Assembly: GCA_013265495.1 (NCBI GenBank)
Contig: MU057984.1
Coordinates: 124,001 to 188,000, forward strand
Length of the DNA: 64,000 bases
Direction: 5' to 3'
From: Vicugna vicugna
Taxonomy: Eukaryota
The translations under genes and the position numbers were made by a program. The number at the start of each line of letters is the position of its first letter. Position 1 is the first letter of the stretch. Below, piece by piece: positions 53,110 to 64,000 of the stretch. The notes under the pieces were generated by a model. It worked only from the letters and a program-made list of their open reading frames with translations. It made no database searches and had not been told where the DNA came from.

Positions 53110-55750
53110 ATAATCCTTATCTGTTACAAAAATGTTTGAGATAATTATAAACATGCAGTTGAGAAATGAAAGTACGCTTTACCAAGTTATCTCCCATGGT
53201 AACATCTTGTAAAACTATAATACAATACAAAACCCAAAATATTTATATTGATACAGTCAAGATATAGAAATTTCATCACCACAAGGATCCCTGTGGTTAA
53301 CCTTTTATAGATAGCCCCACTCTCCCCCGTACTCCAATCTTGAATCATTATACCACTATTCTTCATTTCTATAATATTCTCACATCAAGAATATTATATG
53401 AATGGAATCATATAGTATACACATTTTTTGTGGTTGGCTTTTTCACTCAGAATAATTCCCTGGATAGTCAATGAAGTCATTGTGGTTATCAATGCTTCAT
53501 TCTTTTCTCTTGCTGAATGGTACTCGGTGGTGCATGTACCACCATTTGTTTAGTCATTCACACACTGAAAGGCACCTAGGTTGTTTTCAGATTATATCTA
53601 TTATAAATAAATCTGCTATGAAGATTCACACATGTTTTTGTGTAGACATAAATTTTCATTTTTCTGGGATAAAAGTCCCATGAGTGTAACTGTTGGATAG
53701 TTGAGCAGTTACATGTTTACTTTTTTAAGAAACAATCAGTTTTCCAGAATGACTGTACTCTTTCACATTCTCACCAGCGATGGATGAGTGATCCCGTTTA
53801 TCTACATCCTTCCTAACATTTGATGTTGTCACTATTTTTTATTTTAGCTATTCTGACATGTTTGTAGTGAAATCTCTTTGTGCTTTTATTATGCATTTCC
53901 CTAAAGATTAATGATGTTGAACACCTTTCCATATGCTTATTAACCATTAGTATATTCTTTGATGAAAAGCCTGTTCATGCTCTTTGCCCACTTTCTAATT
54001 TAATTGCATTTTTATTAGTGAGTTTTCAATATGTTTTATATATTCTAGATACTAATCCTTTGTTACAAATGTGATTTACAAACATTTTCTCTCATTCTAC
54101 AGCTTTCCACTTTATCATCTTCTCATGGGCTAGAGCAAAATATTTTAGTTTGATGATGTTCAATTTATTAATTGTTCCTCATATGGACTTTGTTATTGGC
54201 AAAAAGTAATGACTATTTGTTTAACATTGTGTTAATTTTTGTGTAAGGTGTGAGCACCTTAATAGGAACTGCATTAAACCTATAGATCAATTTGGATAGA
54301 ACTGACATCTTTACTGAGATGGCCAATTCATGAACTAGGTGTATCTCTCCATTTATTTAAATATTATTTAATTTTGTCATTTTCAGCATACAAGTCCTGT
54401 ATGTGTTTTGTAAGATTTACTTCCAAGTAATTCATTTATTTGGAGAGATTGTAAATGATATGCTTTACATTTCAGTTTCCACATTTTCACTGCTACTATA
54501 TACAAATGATTGATTTTTGTGTATGTCCTTCTTATTTACCATGACCTTGATGAATTCATTTAATACTTCTACAAGATTGTTTTTTCTAATATTCCTTGGA
54601 ATTTTCTGTTAGATAATCATGTGATAGAAAAATAAGGAAAGTTCATTTCTTTCTTTCATTATATTTGCCTTTCATTTTCTTTGCTTGCCTTATTGCACTG
54701 GCTGGGACTTCTGATAGTGTGATGAACAAGTGCTGAGAGTGACATCCTTGTGTTACTGCTGATTTTAGAGAGAAAGTATTCAATGATTCATAACTGAAGG
54801 TGACATTAGCTGTAGTTTTATCATGTAAGCTCTTTATCAGGTTGAGGAAGTTCCCTTTTATTCCTAGGTTATAAAGAGTTTTAAAAGAAATGGATATTGG
54901 GTTTATTCTAAAGCTTTTTCTATATTCATCAACCTGTGATTTTTTTTCCCTTTAGTCTTTTTTTTTAACTTTTTTTTATTGAGTTATAGTCATTTTACAA
55001 TGTTGTATCAAATTCCAGTGTCCTTTAGTCTTTTTAACAGGGTAAATTACATTAATGGAATTTCAAATATTGAACCAGTCTCTACTTTTGGAATAAATGC
55101 AATTTGATCATGGGTATATTTTTGGATTCAATTTATCAATACTTTGTTGAAGTTTCTATGTCTAATTTCATGAATGGTATTAGTCTGCAGTTTAACTGTG
55201 ATGTTTCTGGTTTTTACATTATGGTAATGCTGCCCTCATAGAATAATTTGGAAAATGTTCCTTCTTCTTCTCTTTTTTAGAAGAATTTGAGAAAGAATGG
55301 TGTTAATTCTTCTTTAAATGTTTGATAGAATTTGCCAGTGATGCCATCCAGGCCTAGAGATTTCTTCTTGGAACCTTCTCAATTATTAATTCAATGTCTG
55401 TAATAAAGGACTATTAATATTATCGATTTCATCTTTGGTAGATTCTGGTAGTTTGGCATTTACTAGAAATGGATCAATTTCTCCTAAGTTGTTGAATTTA
55501 TGTGTTTAGAGTTGTTCATAATACTGCCTTATTTTTCTAACATCTTAGGTTATCTGTAGTGATGTCTCCATGGGTTACTTGAACATATTTTAGGATTCTA
55601 ACTGATTAATAGTGTTTCTGAGTCTGTCACTTCATACAATTTTCTTAGGTGTTTAAAATGGTAATTCAATACACATATGCAACTTACTGCTGTCCATGGG
55701 TATCGATGCTTAACTAATTTGAATGAAGTTTATATACCTTATGTTTTAAA
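53110..55750 (-). mobile_element. Old L1 (L1MC/MD-like), 3' UTR through ORF2 fragments
   Basis: 'aatggaatcatatagtat...tggctttttcactcagaataat', 'aatgatgttgaacacctttccatatgcttatt', 'gttgaggaagttcccttttattcctag'. Confidence 0.85.
54963..55021 (-). mobile_element. ~60-bp extremely truncated young L1 tail with 14-bp TSD
   Basis: Near-identical reverse complement of ~9783-9841. TSD cctttagtcttttt at 54949-54962 and 55022-55035. Confidence 0.9.
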
Positions 55751-55759
55751 ATGTAACTA

Positions 55760-55990
55760 TGATTTGTTTTAATCCAGTATGGTGAGGCATGCAGATACAG
55801 AAATGACTGTCATGAAGGAAGAAGTTTTATACTCACATATCTCTAGAAAAAGGAGGCATGGCATGCCATGTAGGGCCACATGGGGAAGCATCAGAGTTAG
55901 TCATGGGGTGGGGGAATGGCCACGAGCCTTTATTGCGGGAAGGAATGAGCAAGGTAGGGTAAATAGGCTAAGCAGGTTTAGGATGGAGGC
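55760..55990. mobile_element. ERVL-class LTR fragment (MER76-like, tentative)
   Basis: 'aggaggcatggcatgccatgtagggccacatggggaagc...gagcctttattg...gcaggtttaggat'. Confidence 0.5.
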
Positions 55991-58900
55991 TATTGGTAGA
56001 GCACAAGTTATAGAGGATGATGTAGTAAAGTCTTAGGATTTGGAAAGGAGTGAAGCTTGTGATAAGAAAGAGCAGATGTACACTGCCATTGGGGATATGA
56101 ATGTTGAGAATGAGGGATGACCCAGAAGAACAGGTGTTCATATGGTAACAGATATAAAGAAGGATAAATATACACTTACTTCCAGATGGAAGAAAGATAG
56201 ATGGTGGTGTTAAGATCTCACACGCCCACTATCTTTGTGGATGAGACTTTGGAGGTGGAAAAGAATGGATAACTGAGCAAATATACATGACATATAAGGA
56301 TCTGCTTATAGACTGAAAATGATCCACCAATTATCCAATATTATTTAACTACCTACCTAAACATAGGCATACACTTTGCTATAGATGAACTTATTAGCAT
56401 TCTCAAAACTCATCTCTCACAAATAACCAATGTCAAATGCTGAGAATTTGCTAACATACTCAGAAACTGAGTGTCTGTCTGCAAGATAAAAGTCTCAGCA
56501 TTTCGATTTTTGCTCCTATCAGTTTCTTCCTGGTAAGAAGTTGTGATAGGATCACAGCACCATTTACATTTGATAATAAGATGAATAACACTCAAAGATG
56601 GCTTCTTCTGTTCTTACCAATGGGTTAGGGATTTCAGAACACGTCCAGTTACTGTAGGAAAGGCAATCCATTAGAGCTACCATAATTTAGGAAGAGTACA
56701 AGGGGCAAAAAGTAATGAAAAGTTGTGCCTAGTCAAAATAGGGAAACCCTACAATGGATGTTTTCCTAAAATGCATTCATAATATCCCTTTTACAAGATA
56801 AGTAAAAAAACAGAAATCTAATTCTTCTGTAAGATTACATTTTGACTTGCCCACAGAGCTGGTGACAGTAGAATTTCAACTGTGTACTTATTTCCTACTC
56901 ATGGAGACCATGACAACTTATATCCATTTGATTTTACTTTTAAATATACAGAGGGTGGCAGCTAAAAGAAGAAAAAAATGGTAACAATTTCAGTTCAGGT
57001 GTAATTGGATTTTTGACATATCAGATAGGGCTCTGATTACATTTGACAGATGCATATTGATTTTCAATTTAAACTCTCCTTATCCAACATACTTTGTTAT
57101 TTCTGGAAGTTTTTTGCTCTAAATAACGGGTTGAAGTGATAAGAGATTTTAATTAACTTCACCGATTGAACGTAATATCTACCCTGAAATTGGAGTCTGA
57201 TATATTTTCTCATATAAAAGTAAATAAACATAATGAGAAATTTAATATTTATCTAGCATAAAGCAGGAATTTTGTTTTTTTAGAATGCAACAAACAGGTA
57301 ATAAGGCATTGCTTAGAATGCATTTTCACTTATCAGAGTCTAAGAATTAAAACAAAAATGTGAAATCAACAAAATTGCATTGTTTTTCAAAAGTGACCCA
57401 AATGTGCTAACGTTGTCAACGCCTTTACTATCTCTCCATACTTTCTTCACAGCTTCTATCTCATGAGGCTCTTGCACAGAAGCTAATGCATTGTTTTTCC
57501 AAAACCAATGGATTCTGTGCCAGTGATCTTCTTCTTACCCTGATTTCTTCTCTATGTTATGCATGTGGATAAATGCTCAATTTTAAGCGTGTTTTATTAT
57601 GTTTCCCCCAAAACAGAACTTGATATTTGATTCCAACATAATGAACACCATTAGATCAATAAAACTTGAGGAAATATATTCCATTTTTCAAAATAAAATT
57701 TCATTTTCTATCTTACAACTTGCTGGTTTCCAAAACTAGTAGAAAAGTATATAACTGGCCTTTCATTTTACTTCTATTTTTATTCTACATTTTTCTTACA
57801 GTATTCCATTTTTTAAAGAAAAACATTTAACACTTAGTATCAAAATTAGAGTAATTGTTCTCAAAGCAAATAAACCTATATAGATTTGCTTTTATTAATA
57901 CCATCAATATAGAATGACAGAATCTTTGAGTTCTAATTTAACAGTCTTCATGTATAACCTCCCAGTGAATGTAGGAACATACTGCAGGAAGTCTATGGGA
58001 GATGGCCCTCAGCAACCATTTGGACCCATCATCTGATGAGGAGTTTCTGTTTCTTAAGGTAGTCAGTTCCTTCATGAAGCAAAATTAGGGGTTTTTCCTT
58101 GTTGGAGACCCTAGTTCCATGGCTTAGAGCTGCCAGTCTCTGGTTGAATTTCTGCTCTCAGCAGCAATACAGAAAATTAAATTCTGTCTTCCACAACTGA
58201 AGCAGCTATTTTTCCATGTTCACTATAATTTATCTCCTCAAGCAGTAGACTCAGTTCTATATGTTCACCAGTGTCTTGCTAGTTATCTAGACTTGCAAGG
58301 ATTTAAGATCCTGACTATTTTGTCTCTATGGGGTTCTTTAATAGGTGATCCCAAACCAGTAAGGTCAGCTATGTGTTATATTTAACCTATGATGAATGAT
58401 TTCCTGGATTTCTAAATACCATCCTTGAATTTCTATCTCTATGGACTACCTGCCCATTGGGGTATCACTATTTCTACTTAGGTTATAACATGCTGCTTTT
58501 GTTTTATCCTTAATGTTAAATTTTCCAAATTTCCAATTTCATCCTTTCCTAACATCTATAACTATATCTGGTTTCGGCAGCATCAGTGTAAATTCAATCA
58601 ATAGGTCTAGTTGGAGGTTTCGGCTACAAGTAGAGTTGTCTAGTTATTTATCAGGTATTTACTAGCCATCTCCTGAGATAGGAAAGAAGACTCTTCATCA
58701 CTCAATATCCATGCAAAGAAGCACTTAAAAGATAACATGTTTAACTGACCCAAATTATCTACGTATAGTATAATTAGTGCACAGTAGTTTGTAGCAATTA
58801 CTTATATTCTTGCACCTGAGAAAAGCAATTTTACCATTATGGCTGAAACTGACTTTAAATTTGTAGACAGTCTTACTACAAAGTATGTTATCAAGAATGA

Positions 58901-59209
58901 AGCCAGCCAAACTCAAAAATGTGCTCCCAAGCTACACACCACCAAACTCAATTTATGCTATTGATGCTTTGAACCCACATGTCAGGCATTCTATGATTTC
59001 CTTAATACTTTGTCTTGAAGATGACAGTCAAACATTGGAGAACACTGATATTAAATATCCTTTTGGCACTCTAGCATACTGGCTTTCTCTTTCTATTTTT
59101 TTGTGATCCATAAATTTGCTAAATAGTGTATGGTTTTACACAAGACACAGAGGGCATGGACTCTGATAAGACTCTATCAGCAATTTATTATAGCCATCTC
59201 TGCAGGCTA

Positions 59210-60720
59210 ATTCATGTTATCCCTTCAGTAAGGACTTTTCTAGCCACTCTATTCAAAATTGCACCTCCAACACTAGGATTGTTCTTATCTCCCTCCCCTG
59301 CCCATTTTCTCCCCTCATCTTATCTGATTATTGTCTCCCTCTTTCCATGAGCATATAAATCCCCAGAGGGCAGACATTTTTGTCTGTTTGGCTCCCTTCT
59401 GTATCTATAGAACTTAGATCGAGATCTTGACATCTTAATAAATATTAGTACCTGAATGGATTGAGCAAGGAATTGTTCTAGTCGCTGGGGATACTACAGG
59501 AAACGAGACAGAAAATGTCCCTCACATCATGGAACTTAACTTCTAGTGGAGAAAAAGAGTAATAAGTAAAAAGATAACTATATAATAGGTTTTAAGCTAA
59601 TTATTTAGGGAGAGAAAATTAGTGGAGGCTCCTTTCAGAGAAAATGTCTCTAAAGAAGTGACATTTAATGGAGGCTTCAAGTATATAGAGGAAGTTAAAC
59701 AAAAAGTTGGGGTAAGAGTGTTCCAAGCAGAAGGGTGAGCAACTTACAGGCTTAAATAGGAAGTAGCTCAGAATTTTGATGCAGTCAGTAGCTCAGAGAA
59801 GGGCAGGAGAGAATAGAGAAGGTGAGGTCATAAAGAAAAGCATGGATCACATCACGTGGGCCTTTCTGACTTTACGTCCTAAAGATGAACTGGAAAACAT
59901 GTGGAGGTTTTAAACAGCATAGTGATACAACCCAATTTAAGTTTTACAAGAAATCACTCTGTCTTTTGTGTGGAGATTAGAGTACAGGATGCAAGACCAA
60001 AATAAAGGAAGCTGTTGCAGTAGTTCAAGTGGTACAGTCTGGGGTGAAAGTGGTTGAGGTGGTTAAAAAGTGGTCAAAAATGGGATATATCTTTACGCTT
60101 AGCTATCAGTATCTACTCATGGGCTGGAACTTTGCAATGAGAAAAAAAGGAATCAAGTATGACTCCTAGGTTTTTGGAAAGATAAACTGGATAAATAATG
60201 GTGACTAAGATGGAGAAATATTTGGGGAATAAACAGGCATGAGTGAGGAGACAGGTATATCAAGAGTAATATTTAGTGGGAGACAGCTACAAGATATCCA
60301 TGTGAAGATGAAAATATGCAGTTGAAACTCAGGAGGAAGTTTAGAGTTGGAGATATAAATTTGGAGGTCATATATAAATGGTTTCTACAAGCCTGAAAAA
60401 AATATCCAGGAAGATACTGTAACTGGGGAAGAGACTGAACTAAGCCCTAAATTAAGCTAACATCTAGAATTCTGATAGCAAATAAGAGACAGAAAAGAAG
60501 ACTCAGAAGGACTGAACAACGACATAAGAGAAAAACTAAAGCCAAGTGACTATAACATCTTAAGGACAGAAAAGTCAACTATGTCGATGCTACTGAGATA
60601 TAAGGACATACCACTGACCTATAGATAATGAAACATGAAAGCTGTGATTTCTTAGATAAGAGCAATCTCAAATTGTCAAGATTAAATCTTCACTGAAGTA
60701 AGTTTGAGAACTGGAGAAAA
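59210..60720. mobile_element. L2 remnants (plus-strand 3' end to ~59465, then minus-strand body)
   Basis: 'agagggcagacatttttgtctgttt...aataaatattagtacctgaatg' and 'gaagtgacatttaa...gagtgttccaagcagaaggg...ggagatataaatttggaggtcat'. Confidence 0.7.
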
Positions 60721-60729
60721 AGAAGTCAA

Positions 60730-61900
60730 GACATTCTGCACAGCAAATGAAACCACCAACAAAATGAAAATGCAAACTACTGAATGGGAGAAAATATTTT
60801 CAAATCATATATCTGATAAGGGATTAATATTCAAAATATGCAAAGAACTCATACCTCAATGGCAAAACCCCAATCTGATTAAAAAATGGGCAGAAGGTCA
60901 GAACAGATATTTTTCCAAAGACATATAGATGGCCAATAAGTATGTGGAAAGGTGCTCAACATCAGTAATCATCAGGGAAGTACAAATCAAAACCACAATG
61001 TGATATCACATCATGCTTGTTAGAATGGCTATTATCAAAAAGACAAGAGATAACAAGTGTTGGTAAGGGTGTGGAGAAGAGGGAAACCCTTGCGCACTGT
61101 GGTGGGATGTAAATTGCTGCAGCCACTATGGAAAACAGCATGGAGGTTCCTCAAAAAATTAGAACTGAAACTATCATATGATCCAGCAATTCCACTTATG
61201 AGTATTTATCCAAGGAAAATGAAAACACTAACTCAAAAAGATACATTTACCCCCATGTTCACTGCATTATTCATTCAACAGTCAGTGCAGCATTATTTAT
61301 AATAGCCAAGCTATGGAAACAACCTAAGTGCTCACTGATAGATGAATGGATAAAAAAAACCCTTTTATATGCAATGGGATATTATTTAGTCATAAAAAAG
61401 AATGAAATCTTGCCATTTGTGACAACATGGATAGATCTCAAGGGCATTATGCTAAGTGAAATAAGTGAGAGAAAGACAATACCATATGATCTCACTTATA
61501 TGTGAAGTCTAAAACAAAAACAAAACCAATCTCATAGATACAGAGAACAGATTGACTGGTGGTTGCCAGAGGTAGGGGAAGGTGGGGTGGGTGGGCAAAA
61601 TGGGTGAAGGGGGTCAAAAAGCAAAAACTTCCAGCTATATAATAAGTCATGAGGATGTAATGTACGGTATGGTGACTATAGTTAATAATACTTTATGGCA
61701 TATTTGAAAGTTGCTAAAAGAGATCTTAGAAGTTCTCATCATAAGAAAAAACATTATTTGTAACCATTGTTTGGTGAGAGATGTTAACTAGATTTATTGT
61801 GGTCATCCTTTCACAATGTATACAAATATCAAATCATTATGTTGTACACCTGAAACTAATGTAATGTTATATATCAATTATACCTCAACTAAAAAAAGAA
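60730..61900 (+). mobile_element. 5'-truncated L1 (L1MA-like) ORF2 end plus 3' UTR
   Basis: ORFs 60704..60928 (FCTANETTNKMKMQTTEWEKIF) and 61057..61302 (QPLWKTAWRFLKKL..YDPAIPL). 3' end 'caattatacctcaactaaaaaaa'. Confidence 0.93.
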
Positions 61901-62399
61901 GTACAGACAATGAATCTAAACAACTCCTTCTAGGAATTTTGCTTCAAATAAGAAGAGAAAAATAGGTTGATAGCTGAAGGGGCCAATAGGTCAAGCTGTT
62001 GGTTTAATATATACTGATATTACAATATGCTGGTAAATACTGTGAGAATCATCCAGTCAATGGAAACACAAGATATAGGTGAGAAGTAATTGAAAGGTAA
62101 GGTCGCTGTAGAAATTAGAAGAGGTGGGACCTGGGACACAAGTGGAGGGGCTGGCTTGTGACAGAGGCACAAACAATTTGGCCCTAGTCATGGTAGTAAA
62201 GTCAGATTTTTTTTATCTTGTTTTGTTTTGTCTTTGTCTTTCAGCCATAATTAGCTCTTTGTGCGAGTGTAGAAAAGGTAGTTCTGGTTTGTGTCTGATG
62301 TAGTAGACTGGATCACTTTTCCTGATACTTCACTCCTCTTCCTTATCATAATTATACAATCATGGCCATATTTTCATGTTTCTGGTCTTATGGTAGGGA

Positions 62400-62740
62400 A
62401 AATATATCTTCCATCTCCATGGATACTCAATGTGACTTAATTTGACCAGTGGAATCCAGGTGCAGGTGGAGTATGCAAATTAAGACCCTATGAAGTATAC
62501 TGTATTTCCACTTGTCCTCTTGGGCCTCTTCCAGTCACAATAAGAACATATTCTAGGTATGTCCCAGAACGAGTAAACCTATCCAGCAATCCTGAACCTG
62601 AATGCACAATCTCAAGATGAGTTGTCCAGCTTATCAGTAGATCCGTGAACAAGAAAAATAAATGTTTCTGGTTATAGGACTTTAGATCATGGGATTGTTT
62701 GTTATGCAGTTTTAATGCAGCAATCACTGACTAACTCACC
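62400..62740 (+). mobile_element. MLT1 (MaLR) LTR remnant
   Basis: 'tgtgacttaatttgaccagtggaat...aaataaatgtttctggttata...gttgtttgttatgcag...ctgactaa'-like ending. Confidence 0.65.
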
Positions 62741-63054
62741 ACAGTTGTGGTTTTACCAAGTGAACAGAAGGAGGAAGATAGACAAGAGAGTTGAAAGCAT
62801 AAAGAAGGAAGTAAACATAATGATAGAGTGTAATGATCCTGTACAGAAGTTTTGGCAATAAGTATTCAATATACTAAAATGCATGTACCAACCAAACTCA
62901 ATTGATCATCACATTATCATCCTAAATTTACCTCACACAAAGAAAGACTCACACAGTCTTCCAGAAATTATAAAATATGTCATAGATTTTTAATAATAAA
63001 ACTCAAAAATATTTGGTGTTTGGAATAATTCCAAACATGGTATTATCCAACAGC

Positions 63055-64000
63055 TTTTTAAAAACTTTTTATTCAGAAATGTATAATTATCAAAATTAAG
63101 AAAGTAACATTGGTACAATATGATTAACTAATCTATATACTTAATTCAGATAACATCAATTATTTCACTAATGTTATTTTATATCACAGGGTCCAGTTCA
63201 AGATTCTGCAATGCATTTAAAGCCCACATCCTCTGAGTCTCTTACAATTTGTGACTCAGCTTTTCCTTGTCTTTTATGATCTCGACACATTTGAAGAGTA
63301 CTGATTAGTTATTTTATAGAACTATCCTTCAGTTTGACTTTGTCTTATATTTTCTTATTATAAGATTGAGGATATAATTTGGGGGAATAATACCAGAGAG
63401 AGTATTTTCCCTTCTCAGTGTCCAATTATCAGGGGATATATGATATTGCTATATTTTATTACTGGTCATTATAATCTTTATTATTTAGTTAAGGTGGTAT
63501 CTACCAGGTTCTCCAATGTAGAATTAGTATTTCCCCTTTGTACTTAGTAAATATTTTGTGGAAATACTTTGAGATGGTGCAAATACCCCTTTCTCTTTGA
63601 ATGTTCACCTTCTAATTTGTTCATCACTAAACCTTGTTTATATCAATTATGTTTTTAGTACTTCTTCAGACCCCAAAACATCCACTTGACTATATATGTT
63701 TGAATGTAAACCTGAGTTTTCTCCTCTGTTCATTTGCTCTTTATGCCTATATTTAGTGAATACAAATTAACACAGTTTTCAGGTATATCTTAAAATCTGT
63801 GAATTTAAGTCTTCCAATTTTGTTTTTCCTTCTGAAAATTTTTTGGAAATTCTAGTTCTTTTGTTTTTCATACATATTTTACAATGAGCTTGTCAATACC
63901 TACAAAAAAAGTCTGATGAGCAACAGATTGCAAATGCATTGGATCTATATGTCAAATTGGAGAGCAGTGACATTTTAACAATATCTGGTCTTCAATCAAT
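63055..64000 (-). mobile_element. Old L1MC/ME-like fragments running to the window end
   Basis: 'gatctcgacacatttgaagagtactg...gttaaggtggtatctaccagg' and 'ggatctatatgtcaaattggagagcagtgacattttaacaatat'. Confidence 0.7.

Noticed and set aside
56618..56651. Possible 34-nt micro-exon (ttcctacag|...|gtaaga)
   Set aside because: It has splice-like motifs only, with no recognisable similarity or other support.
1..64000. A novel multi-gene biological system
   Set aside because: All supportable coding signal belongs to one known gene or to L1 remnants; the remaining short ORFs are what chance predicts.

Overview
This is AT-rich, repeat-dense mammalian genomic DNA, not prokaryotic. The tRNA-derived SINE with a 'ggggaggtaattaggtttatttattt' tail points to a camelid (inference). 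The only protein-coding signal I can support is the 3' end of a minus-strand gene. It has seven GT-AG exons (46477-46636, 44358-44452, 40799-40951, 30481-30652, 26063-26224, 12166-12334, 4784-4996) whose phases chain into one open frame of 373 residues plus a partial first codon, ending ...TGVSSTIKGAPLMLKKK*. From memory, this peptide matches the C-terminus of CFAP47 (former CXorf30 part; X-linked cilia/flagella protein). I could not locate the next upstream exon in 46.7-64 kb. The rest is intron or flank, filled with L1s of several ages (including a ~6.9 kb decayed near-full-length copy with nested inserts), SINEs, MIR/L2, LTR remnants and DNA-transposon MITEs. Nearly all other listed ORFs are L1 remnants or chance. 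I found no evidence of a new biological system; the findings are modest structural oddities. Repeat boundaries are approximate unless TSDs are cited, and repeat family names come from recalled consensus sequences, not a search.
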